DNA from: a virus | Lineage: Duplodnaviria; Caudoviricetes | Length of the DNA: 52,351 bases | Virus record (IMG/VR): IMGVR_UViG_3300045733_000243 | Location: 1-52,351 of that record | Strand: one strand, 5' to 3' | Part shown: in pieces, positions 37,801-46,437 of the stretch | Layout: every line of letters begins with the position of its first letter | Numbering within the stretch: the stretch's first letter is position 1 | Notes under the pieces: generated by a model | What the model was told of the DNA's origin: nothing | Databases searched by the model: none | The model's input: the letters and a program-made list of their open reading frames with translations, nothing else | Position numbers and translations under genes: made by a program

Positions 37801-38196
37801 CTAAGCCGCCCTACGCTGGCCCAATCCCATTTTCTTGGCGAGTTCTGAGCGCTGTGCAGCATATGCCGGGGAAACCATCGGGTAATCCATCGGTAGTCCC
37901 CACTTTGCGCGATACTCTTCTGGGCTAAGATCGTAGTTGGTGCGGATATGCCTTTTAAGACTGCGGAACTTCTTGCCGTCCTCCAAGCAAATGATGAATT
38001 CAGGCGTTACCGACTTCTTGATAGAGACAGCCGGAACCAGTTCCACCTTCGGCTGAGCGGCACCGTTCAACGCCACATCACTCAACATCGTGTGCACCGA
38101 CGTGATTAAATCGGGCACCTTGTCCGCCTGAATGGTGTTGTGCGAAACATACGCGGCAACAATCCTACCGGTAAGTTCAAGGATATTCTCTTCCAT
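37801..38196 (-). CDS. mucR: MucR/Ros family transcriptional regulator
   Basis: LT..IVAAYVSHN, PAVSIKKSVTP, ICLEDGKKFRSLKRH, YR.KWGLP.DYPMV.P.YA..RS.LAK.MGLG. Confidence 0.96.
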   Translation of the reverse strand: MEENILELTGRIVAAYVSHNTIQADKVPDLITSVHTMLSDVALNGAAQPKVELVPAVSIKKSVTPEFIICLEDGKKFRSLKRHIRTNYDLSPEEYRAKWGLPMDYPMVSPAYAAQRSELAKKMGLGQRRAA

Positions 38197-38326
38197 TCCA
38201 ATATCTTCCATCTGAATTCCATATTAACTGTGTGTTTCTTCGCTGTTACGCACAGTAAACCGCATCATTTCGCGGTGTCAACAATTATTCCAACTTTAGC
38301 AAACAAATCTCAAATGGAGGCTGGCA

Positions 38327-38854
38327 ATGACGGCTCTTCCTGCTGAATACGCATGGCTGGCGCATGAAGGCGCGCCACGCATGCTCGTGGAAGCTCTCAA
38401 GCTATACGGCATAAAAGAGGTGATCGGGAGCGGCGACAATCACGTAATTGTCGATTGGGCCAAGGAGATCGGCGTCTCGTACTCTCACGATGAAACGCCG
38501 TGGTGTGGACTGATGATGGCTGTTGTCGCGAGGCGGGCCGGAAAAGAACTTCCTCCGTGTCCTCTTTGGGCTCTCGACTGGAAAGATCATTTTGGCCACG
38601 CAGTTGCTCAGCCAATGCTTGGCGATGTGATGGTTTTCTCGCGCGCTGGCGGTGGGCATGTCTCGCTATACGTGGGGGAGGACTCTGCCTGCTGGCACTG
38701 TCTTGGAGGCAACCAAGGCGACCGGGTGTCGTTCACGCGCATCCCCAAGACCCGCCAGCACTGGGCGCGCCGCCCGGACTACACCATTCAGCCCGCGAAT
38801 GTCCGCGTGGTTCATCTCGCCGCATCTGGCGCAATATCATCCAAGGAGACCTGA
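38327..38854 (+). CDS. endolysin, NlpC/P60-like (TIGR02594-type)
   Basis: DETPWCG catalytic Cys, GGGHV His, LGGNQGD; GGAGG SD. Confidence 0.88.
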   Translation: MTALPAEYAWLAHEGAPRMLVEALKLYGIKEVIGSGDNHVIVDWAKEIGVSYSHDETPWCGLMMAVVARRAGKELPPCPLWALDWKDHFGHAVAQPMLGDVMVFSRAGGGHVSLYVGEDSACWHCLGGNQGDRVSFTRIPKTRQHWARRPDYTIQPANVRVVHLAASGAISSKET

Positions 38855-38855
38855 A

Positions 38856-39341
38856 ATGACGCGAATTTTCGCAACTCTCGCCGCACTGGTGCTCGTGCTG
38901 GGCGCGCCTGCTCTGGCCGCCGACGTTGTCCCCGTGTCCGTGGTGGTCCCGTATGGCGACTGGATCGGGGCGGCTCTACCATATGTTGGGTATGCTCTGG
39001 CTGCTGTCGCTATATGGGGCGTCCGCATGCTCCCGCCGCAGTTCTCGGCCCTCGCCCACATCATGCAGGCCGAAAGCCTGATCACCGCGGGGATCTCCTA
39101 CGGGATCAACACCACCGCGGGCGCGACACGCGACAAAACGCTTACGCTGCACGTCGCTAATCCTGTGCTTGCCGCGGCGCTGGAGTACGTGCTGACCATC
39201 GCCAAGCCGTCTGTCCTGGCCCAACTCGGAGAGCCCGCGGTTATCGCTCGGATGATTTGGGCTCGCCTCAATCTGCCGGCCGAGTCCGCGGCGCCGGACT
39301 TTGACGCGGTCGTTATCGCGGTCCAGCAACGGGCCGCCTAA
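38856..39341 (+). CDS. holin-like membrane protein
   Basis: Two N-terminal hydrophobic segments, directly after the endolysin; AAGGAG SD. Confidence 0.55.
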   Translation: MTRIFATLAALVLVLGAPALAADVVPVSVVVPYGDWIGAALPYVGYALAAVAIWGVRMLPPQFSALAHIMQAESLITAGISYGINTTAGATRDKTLTLHVANPVLAAALEYVLTIAKPSVLAQLGEPAVIARMIWARLNLPAESAAPDFDAVVIAVQQRAA

Positions 39342-39586
39342 TGTGGTCCATCTGCCTCGCGCTCGCCGAACCCATCATCCAGGCGTTCGCCGCGGCGTTT
39401 GGCCGGGCCCTGGTGGACATGGTGGCCGACTGGCGGAGCGACCAAGCCATTGCTGAGGCTGCGACAGCGACCCAGGCTTTGGCCGCCAGCGAGGCCGCAC
39501 GGGCAGCGGAGCGGGCCATGTCTGCAGCCGCCCAGCCGATAACCGACGCCGAGTTGCTCACCGCCCTGGACGGAGGCGCCGCATGA
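39341..39586 (+). CDS. i-spanin-like protein (putative)
   Basis: Hydrophobic N-terminus and Ala-rich helix; coupled within the lysis cassette. Confidence 0.5.
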   Translation: MWSICLALAEPIIQAFAAAFGRALVDMVADWRSDQAIAEAATATQALAASEAARAAERAMSAAAQPITDAELLTALDGGAA

Positions 39587-39831
39587 ACCCGCTATGCCTT
39601 GGCGTCGAACTGATGCTGCTCGGCGCACGCGTGTGCCTCGGGGATGCCGCCAAGCCGCCGCCGATGGCTGAGATCGTATGCCCGACGCTTGAGGATTGGC
39701 CAGCGGCCGAACAGCGGGCGCTGGCGGCCGAGATGCGGGCGCATCCAGGCCTAGCAACCACAGCGGCGGTCAAGAAGCTGGCGCGCATCCGGGCACAGGT
39801 CCGGGCGTGCCTGAAAGCCCAGAAGAAATAG
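39583..39831 (+). CDS. o-spanin-like protein (putative)
   Basis: Hydrophobic leader with Cys, CP.L..W...EQ..LA.E...R...RAC pattern; overlaps the upstream gene. Confidence 0.5.
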   Translation: MNPLCLGVELMLLGARVCLGDAAKPPPMAEIVCPTLEDWPAAEQRALAAEMRAHPGLATTAAVKKLARIRAQVRACLKAQKK

Positions 39832-39898
39832 CGGCCGATCCAAAGCTTTGGGTGCCAAGGATCGGCCTAACATCGCCAGCCAGTTGAGGGGCTGCACA

Positions 39899-40336
39899 AT
39901 GCTGCACGATGATATACCACTGAATAACCACAAACCAAATAGTCATGAAATGCCCACTGAACATAATGCAAATGGCAGAGAATCGAAGTGGGAACAACAA
40001 CATGCAAATGAGGCAAGAGCGTATCTTCCCTGGCGAAGCCCCGTGTTTTGGGCTGGGGTGACAACAACGGCTGGTCTTTCTGGAGCAATTCTATGGTTCA
40101 TATGGACGGGGATTGCTGGACTCGCGAAGTCCGATTGGATCGAGAAGCCGGTCAAGGACTCCGAATTCAGAACAGAGGTTCGCGGTCTTCGCGAGTCCAT
40201 TACCCGCGTCGAACAGCGGATGGAACGAGTGGAGAAGCATGTGGAGACAAGCGCGGCTAAAGTGGACGCCAAGCTGGATCACATCACAGATTTACTGATC
40301 CAAGGCGGCGCAGCAAAGGGCGGCGCGCCGAAATAG
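39899..40336 (+). CDS. membrane-anchored coiled-coil protein
   Basis: One TM segment followed by heptad repeats; end of the lysis cassette; start uncertain. Confidence 0.55.
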   Translation: MLHDDIPLNNHKPNSHEMPTEHNANGRESKWEQQHANEARAYLPWRSPVFWAGVTTTAGLSGAILWFIWTGIAGLAKSDWIEKPVKDSEFRTEVRGLRESITRVEQRMERVEKHVETSAAKVDAKLDHITDLLIQGGAAKGGAPK

Positions 40337-40362
40337 GTTCCTAAAACCATAGGCCAGAACGC

Positions 40363-40403
40363 AAAAAGCCCGGCCGGAGAAATCCGCGCCGGGCTTTTCT
40401 TTT
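40363..40403. terminator. bidirectional terminator
   Basis: AAAAAGCCCGGC...GCCGGGCTTTTCTTT. Confidence 0.75.
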
Positions 40404-40408
40404 GTGTT

Positions 40409-41822
40409 TCAGGCGACGCCGTATTGCTTGGCAAGCGCCTCATTCAGTGTTTTGGACCGCTTGGCGACCTCGACGCCGGGCCGCGACCGGAACCTGATCA
40501 CTGTGGCAGCCGATGCCGTTGGCGGCGTCTTTATCGCCTTGGGCGCGGTCTTCTTTTTGGCCTTGGGCTTTACCGCAGGCTTGCCGCCCTTGGGGCCGGG
40601 AGGTGTCGCCACGGCGATTTCGGTTCCTGTCGCGGATGCCTCTGGTTCACTGGCAACCGCGAGAGTGGCTCCCGTTGTGTCTGACATTTCTTCTGCCATT
40701 TTTCCTCCGAACTCCATGAACTCGCTCCACATTTCTTCCACTGTGGCCTCAAGGATCGCTTGGGCCAAGGGATCGGTTTCAGGTTCCGCCTCAACAGCTA
40801 CGAACTGCGGGGCGGCTTCGATCTTCGGAGTAGCCAGCTCCACGCGTTCGGCTTCAGCCTGGCGGGCGGCCTCAATGCGGGCCGTCTCTAGTGCTTCAGC
40901 AGCCGCGCGGCGACCGGCTATCCCATTGTTAATGGTCCGCCCAGCGTAGCCGCCGAGCATTTGCAGGATCAGCAGCGTCACGATAAGCATCCCAGTGCGT
41001 CCGACAGTGGACCACTGGGTGGCTGCCGTCTCATCCCAGCCATACGCTACGAAAAATGCTGTGGCTCCGTCTGACTTGGCGGGGCCGCCGATTTGTGCGC
41101 GTTCGGCCTCGGCTCTCTCTGCCTTGGCGTCGGCGCGCGTGGCATCGCCGTCGAATTGACGGGCGCGGCCGTCGTCCTGCGTCGCTTGCGCGAACAGGGA
41201 AACGCGGCTATGGGCTTGCGATAGAGCGTTTTTAGCGGCAGCGGAGGAGTCTAGCGCTGCCTGGCAACCTTCTGCGTCCCTGCACGCCTTCTTTGCCTTC
41301 CCTGCGGCCTTGAGCGCGGTGTCCGCCTTCCCGCTGGCGCGCCTCATGGCGGCTTCTAGGTCGGAGGGAGTTCCGTGCTCGGTGATCGAAGATGCTGCGT
41401 GACGAGCCGTTTCGGCATGGTTGCGGGCAATGACCGCTTGATTGCGCGCCGTCTTGGCTTCGTTCTTGGCCTCTTCAATCTTCCCTAACGCCCTTGCGAG
41501 CGCTTGGTTCTGCGAACTGGCCAACTCAATCGCGTGGCCGGCGTTGCTCATGTGTGCGCCGATCTGACACGACAGCGACAGCAGCGCGCAGGCGATAATC
41601 GCCACACGCGAGATCATGACGTGCCCATTAATCGACGCGGCGAGGGCGATCACCACCAAGGCGATGTCCGCCAATCCGTAAATCCATGGCGGCCTCAATG
41701 GAGACCTCCAATCCAGCCCTCACGTTAAGGGCGAGGGCCACGATGGTTGCAATGACAACGACGAGCAGCAGCGATCTGCCTACCCGCAGTTGCGCTTTCC
41801 AGTTGTGGGTTGTATCGTGCAT
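40409..41822 (-). pseudogene. membrane/coiled-coil protein gene with an apparent 1-nt frameshift near 41686
   Basis: TM segment ...GLEVSIEAA continues as WIYGLADIALVVIAL in the adjacent frame (GCC GCC A TGG ATT). Confidence 0.6.
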
Positions 41823-41934
41823 AGCGCACCATCTTCCTATCCAGGGTTGATATTGCCTACGCCGCCGAGGGCCGCAATCCCTCGGCGGCGTGTTTCTCGC
41901 CGCTGATCGGCTGGATGGTGGGCGTCCAGGCCGA

Positions 41935-42150
41935 TCAGTCTTCGAGCAGTTTGCATCCTCCATGAAGAATTGTCGGGCCGCTTATCACGTAGGAGATCTG
42001 AACATCATCAGTTGAGACCATGATCTCTGTACCATCCTCTTGAAATATTATTTTTGCAAAAGGGGTTTGGTCTCTCTTGATAATATCAGACGCCAAACAG
42101 TCAATGGCGTTACGGAATTCAACTGGAAGATGCTCTGAAGCTAACTGCAT
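41935..42150 (-). CDS. hypothetical protein
   Basis: AT-rich 71-aa ORF co-oriented with its neighbours. Confidence 0.45.
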   Translation of the reverse strand: MQLASEHLPVEFRNAIDCLASDIIKRDQTPFAKIIFQEDGTEIMVSTDDVQISYVISGPTILHGGCKLLED

Positions 42151-42254
42151 TTTACTTGCTCCACGCTTTCAGGCTGCACGATTGCCGCCTGCCTCAACGC
42201 TCGGAAAGCACTGAGGAAGGGGGCAAGGGCGGGACTTCGGTCCCGCCGATGGCC

Positions 42255-42545
42255 TCAAGCCGCCCGCGTCAGCCCGTACTCATGGGCGTCGAGCCGATGC
42301 TCATCCGCTTCAAAGGCAGCCACATCGCGCTCAACGGCGGCGTAATGTTCTTCCGTCTTTGCGACCCACTCATCGACGTTCGCGAGCGTCTCTGTGGCGG
42401 CGATGAACAGCAGGTTGCCGCGAAGCCGCGCAATGTCGTCCTTGCGGTGCTCGCCGCCCGACACATAATCGGGGGCCAGGCGGTCGAAGGCGTCCAAAAA
42501 CGCGTCCAGGGCTTGCGAGTCGATGTTCCGTAGTGATACGTTCAT
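42255..42545 (-). CDS. hypothetical protein
   Basis: Acidic helical ORF MNVSLRNIDS... preceded by a structured leader. Confidence 0.6.
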   Translation of the reverse strand: MNVSLRNIDSQALDAFLDAFDRLAPDYVSGGEHRKDDIARLRGNLLFIAATETLANVDEWVAKTEEHYAAVERDVAAFEADEHRLDAHEYGLTRAA

Positions 42546-42677
42546 TGTGCTGCCTATCCGGTTGGTCCTGGGTGGTTGGCCTCTACCGGCCTCGGGGTTG
42601 TCGCCCTGGGGCCGTTTGTGTTCGGACTGTCGTCCGCTAAGTGGGCCGCCGAAGCAGCCCACGAAAGCATAATTCAT

Positions 42678-42920
42678 TGGGTTAACCCCTTTCTGTCTTC
42701 GCTTGCGCGAGTAATGTTTGCCTCGCCCGGTGTAAAAGGCTTGTCATATCCGAGACCTTCGATGCATCCCCAGACACATCTTCATGATTTCGAACGATAG
42801 AGCGTCAGACTGGCACGCATCCGACGGTATCGTGACCTTCTAAACGTCTCCTCTTGCGAGGGGGCTGGTCAGTAATTGGGGCCTCTACAAGCCCCCGGCT
42901 TTAGCCGTGGGGTTACTGAC
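42678..42920 (-). ncRNA. IscB-type omegaRNA (HEARO-like) scaffold without iscB
   Basis: 5' GTCAGTAA pairs with TTACTGAC and encloses the IS-end hairpin CCCCACGGCTAAAGCCGGGGG. It is followed by CAGCC, a CCTC-GCAA-GAGG hairpin, a CGTCGGA/TCTGACG hairpin whose TGCC loop can pair with GGCA in GGCGAGGCAAACATTAC, a TCGC-GCAA-GCGA hairpin, then SD and MNYAFV. Confidence 0.85.
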
Positions 42921-42969
42921 GGCCCGAAATGGCCTCTGTGTAGGGGTCGGGAGCGCGAATGTCGCCGGA

Positions 42970-43419
42970 TCATGGCGCCTCTCGCGCTCTGAACCGTGGC
43001 GACGCCTCAACGTCAACCGTTGCTGGCGGGGGCGGCAACTCGTGCCAATGTGTTGGAGCCATATCGCCTTCGAGGCGCTCAGCCCCATGCTCACCTATTG
43101 ACCACCAGTCTTCGGCCCAAAATGCTTCCTCTTCGTATTCGTCAACCTCTGGGCTGTTACCATCCACAAGCCAATCGGCGACGCATCCATAATGCCCCAT
43201 AAACACGCCAGCATCTTCGCGATACACGAGCACATCTTGGTGGTGTGGTGCTGTCTCTATTGGTTTCCAGTCATTATCGCCACAAAAGGGGCAACGCTTT
43301 AACGGTGTAACTTCTAGGATAGCGAGCGCCATACTCTGCTTTATGTCATGTTTACGCTTCACATCTTCGAAGTGGGCGTGGCCTGCTGCCATTTCTTCAT
43401 CATAGGGGTCGTTTGTCAT
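42970..43419 (-). CDS. DUF551-like phage protein
   Basis: LKRCPFCG, WKPIETAP and PTHWHELPPPP motifs. Confidence 0.75.
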   Translation of the reverse strand: MTNDPYDEEMAAGHAHFEDVKRKHDIKQSMALAILEVTPLKRCPFCGDNDWKPIETAPHHQDVLVYREDAGVFMGHYGCVADWLVDGNSPEVDEYEEEAFWAEDWWSIGEHGAERLEGDMAPTHWHELPPPPATVDVEASPRFRAREAP

Positions 43420-43472
43420 CGGCGTGCTCTGTGTTTGACGCTGCGGTGGAAGGAGGGGCCGAGGCCCCTGGG

Positions 43473-43766
43473 TTAGGCGGCCAGCTTCCGGCCCCTGTTG
43501 ATCCAGCGATACGCTTTCTGCGCCCACTTGCGAGCATCCTCAATCGTCTCGAAATTTCCCTCGCTGGCGGATTGTGGCTCGCCTTGGACGAATTCCTCGG
43601 GCTGATATTCGAAAACCTGGATGTATTCGCCGGTTTCCTCGTCCCGAGCCCAAGCTTTGACGCCCTCGCGGATTGACTTTGTGTCTGTCATTCCGATGGG
43701 GCTTGTGAACTTTGCTGAGAAGCGGCGGCGGGCTCCGAGAGTGTATGTGGTGGTGTATGCGGTCAT
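43473..43766 (-). CDS. hypothetical protein
   Basis: GGAG SD; first gene after the promoter at ~43806-43848. Confidence 0.65.
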   Translation of the reverse strand: MTAYTTTYTLGARRRFSAKFTSPIGMTDTKSIREGVKAWARDEETGEYIQVFEYQPEEFVQGEPQSASEGNFETIEDARKWAQKAYRWINRGRKLAA

Positions 43767-43805
43767 GCTCGGCTCCATCTGGCTGTGTGCTTGTCTCTGA
43801 TTGAG

Positions 43806-43848
43806 AATGTAGCGCCATCCCGTATTTTTGGCAATACCAAAAATGCAT
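43806..43848 (-). promoter_or_regulatory. sigma70-like promoter with palindromic operator over -35
   Basis: TTGCCA-17-TACATT with the ATTTTTGG-N5-CCAAAAAT palindrome. Confidence 0.75.
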
Positions 43849-43849
43849 C

Positions 43850-44059
43850 TCAGCCGGTTTTTTTCTTCTCCAGCTCCTCGCTGTACCACGCGAGAGCTAT
43901 CCGCACGGCAGAGCACCTGTCAACGTTGCCATGCGCCACCTGGATGGCTTGCAGCGCAGCCAAAGACGCATCATCCAGGCGGAGGGGAACCGAATGTGGA
44001 TAGGCCCTGCCTGCGGGCCTGCCGCGCTCGCGTTTCTTGGGTGTGGGGGTGTCTGTCAT
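43850..44059 (-). CDS. small DNA-binding protein (RGRP + RHH-like)
   Basis: KKRERGRP...VPLRLD...RCSAVRIAL. Confidence 0.6.
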   Translation of the reverse strand: MTDTPTPKKRERGRPAGRAYPHSVPLRLDDASLAALQAIQVAHGNVDRCSAVRIALAWYSEELEKKKTG

Positions 44060-44340
44060 CTGGCGGCCTTTGGCTTGGGATAGCGCGAAAAGCCAGTGTC
44101 GTTGCCGATGATGGTGACGTAAACGCCAATACCCGATGTGTCGCAGCCAATATACCCCTCATCAAGGAAATGCTTGGCCGCTTCGAATGTTGGGGCCGCA
44201 TGTGCATGCCCCCATGCTTCAGCAGTATAGTAGTCGGTATATACGGCGTTGTTATTGTAGCTATCGCGCCATCCAGGGGAAAGTTCAGCTTCGCCAAACT
44301 TCGCCATGTCAGCGATATAAAAATCAAATCCGATTTCCAT
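44056..44340 (-). CDS. hypothetical protein
   Basis: AAGGAG SD; ATGA overlap with the next gene. Confidence 0.65.
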   Translation of the reverse strand: MEIGFDFYIADMAKFGEAELSPGWRDSYNNNAVYTDYYTAEAWGHAHAAPTFEAAKHFLDEGYIGCDTSGIGVYVTIIGNDTGFSRYPKPKAAR

Positions 44341-44393
44341 GGTTTTTGCTCCTTAAGTGGATGGCCGCCGAGCACGACCATCCTTTTCTAACA

Positions 44394-45023
44394 TTACGCC
44401 GCAATCTTGGGGCGCTGGATGAATGTCTGCTTGATGCCGTTATGCTCGGCGTGACTCTTGACCGTGGCGACGATCTTCAGCGTGTCTCCCTTTGCGATAC
44501 CAACCCCGAGCACCTTCGAGCCTTTGTAAACGAAGATGTTTCCGTCCTCAGAGCGGAGGACGTGGAAATATGTGAAGCCGTACACGCCCTCGAAAGCCTT
44601 CACGATACAGACGCACACGCGGACTGTGATGCGATCCTTGACGGAGCCGATATGCTTGGAATTTGCTGCGTCGGCCACGTTCGTCTGGCGCTTCAGCTCG
44701 TCGGTAACCGCCTGGATTTGGGCTTTTGAGCCTTCCCAGCCGACGACCTCTCCGTTGTGCAGCGCCGCAACAGTCCGAATGGAGGAACTGCCGCAGCTAC
44801 CGCGCTCTTCGAGTTCTTCATCGCTCAGTTCCGGCAGGTATTCGCCAGCGCGGAACAGCTTGAACGTGAGCGGGCATTCGTAACCGTCATACGGCGCATG
44901 GTAACGTCCATTGCAGTCAGGCGTAGCCTCTGGGTAAATTTCAAGCATAACATCATTCATTTGGCGGGGAGCCTTGGCAATGTGGATGGCCTCGACTGCG
45001 GCGAAATCGGTGCAAATGTACAT
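44394..45023 (-). CDS. hypothetical protein with C-terminal OB-fold-like domain
   Basis: SKHIG...R.......YG......DGN.FV...ATVK.H.E.NG.KQT.I.RPK; GAGGGAG SD. Confidence 0.7.
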   Translation of the reverse strand: MYICTDFAAVEAIHIAKAPRQMNDVMLEIYPEATPDCNGRYHAPYDGYECPLTFKLFRAGEYLPELSDEELEERGSCGSSSIRTVAALHNGEVVGWEGSKAQIQAVTDELKRQTNVADAANSKHIGSVKDRITVRVCVCIVKAFEGVYGFTYFHVLRSEDGNIFVYKGSKVLGVGIAKGDTLKIVATVKSHAEHNGIKQTFIQRPKIAA

Positions 45024-45064
45024 GGCTGGCTCCCTCTGTTGGCTGTGCCCGTCCTGATGTCTTT

Positions 45065-45107
45065 CTTATACCTCGCACCAATGTTTTTGGCAATACCAAA
45101 AATGCAT
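45065..45107 (-). promoter_or_regulatory. second copy of the promoter/operator
   Basis: TTGCCA-17-TATAAG; shares 24 nt (TTTTTGGCAATACCAAAAATGCAT) with 43825-43848. Confidence 0.75.
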
Positions 45108-45328
45108 TCGGGGTGAAAAATCTCGGAAGGCGACACCAGAGCGATAGCCGCTCCCCGGCGTCTCTTCGGCGCGAAACTGGAGCGTTTCCGGCGTGAACCT
45201 GGCGGGAGAAGGAGGGGAGAGGGGCGGGGGTCGCCCTCTCTGTGCCTGCGGGTCAGGCGGTCTTGCGGCGGTCTCAGCGTCAGCGCCTGGAGGCAACGCC
45301 GATATCCGGCGCCGCCAGCTCTGTGCGG

Positions 45329-46021
45329 TCAGCCCGTCTTCCTGCGCAGATATTCCACAAGATTTCCGTTCTCCATCGCGTCAAACAGCTTTATCTTGGC
45401 GTCATCCTCTGTGCTAAATTGGAGCTTACCACGAACACCATTTACTTTTATTCGATATCCACCATCAAAAAGTGCAATATCAACTATTGAGTTCAGAGTT
45501 TTTATCTGAAGAACTCCCCCATCTGTGCGCTTCCACCTCTTGGAGTTAAGAAACGTCTTTAGTCTTCGGTCCTGCTTTTTGACTTCGTCCATGTATTCGC
45601 TAGCGAATGTAGTCCCTGTTAAATGGTCGCAGCATATCGTGCCCACATCCATTGGATGCCAATCTTCATGCTCGATGGTGAATACGTAGCGGATTGCCGT
45701 TCCGCACAACTCACACGACCCAACTAGTTCCTCAAGATCGTGCGTGTCAGTGTGCTCCCAGCCGCTACTTGGCATTCCCATATCGCGCGGGTGGATTACC
45801 CCGAGTATCCCGTGATGCCTGGCGTGGCATCCTTTGCATAGGGTCACGCAATCGTTGAGGGCGTATTCCCACGGCATCCTCCCCTTGATGTATCTTTTGT
45901 GGTGCACCTGGAGCACGACGCCGTCTTCCCTGCCGCGTCCGCATTGGGAACAGCATCCGCCGTCGAACTCGATCACCTCTTCTCGGAACGTGTTCCAGGC
46001 GGCTTTTCGATAGTTTTTCAT
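45329..46021 (-). CDS. HNH endonuclease-domain protein with extra Cys-rich domain
   Basis: CSQCG...LQVHHKRY...TLCKGCHARHH, then CELCG...VGTICC. Confidence 0.85.
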   Translation of the reverse strand: MKNYRKAAWNTFREEVIEFDGGCCSQCGRGREDGVVLQVHHKRYIKGRMPWEYALNDCVTLCKGCHARHHGILGVIHPRDMGMPSSGWEHTDTHDLEELVGSCELCGTAIRYVFTIEHEDWHPMDVGTICCDHLTGTTFASEYMDEVKKQDRRLKTFLNSKRWKRTDGGVLQIKTLNSIVDIALFDGGYRIKVNGVRGKLQFSTEDDAKIKLFDAMENGNLVEYLRRKTG

Positions 46022-46437
46022 GGCGCGTCCGTGATCAGCTTTTTTCGTCCCGCCGAGAGGAAAGCGAACCTTTTTCCCTGTCTAGAGACAGGGGAAAAAG
46101 ATCGCTTTTCCCTCTCAGCGCAGTGGATTTTTTGGCAAAGTTTTGGCAGATCGCAGGTTCGCATTCGGGTTCGCTAATATTCAAAATTACGTTATTTCTC
46201 AACGTATTAACTGCGAAAAACTTGCCATATCTCATGCCAGTTCGCTGGTTCGCTTTTGGATCGCTTTGCATCGTAAAGTGCTCCGTTTTTCTGCCAAACC
46301 CGGCAAATATTAGAGGTTCGCTAATGTTTGAAATGTGATTTATAATCAACTGCTTAACCCCAAATATTCTGGTTTGCGAATAAGGTTCGCTTTTGGCTAA
46401 AACGAACCTCTGTTTTTGCCAAAAAAACCCGCCACTT
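46022..46437. repeat. AT-rich iteron-like region, putative replication origin
   Basis: GGTTCGC at 46156, 46168, 46247, 46315 and 46384, plus an inverted copy at 46064; directly downstream of the primase-helicase. Confidence 0.6.
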
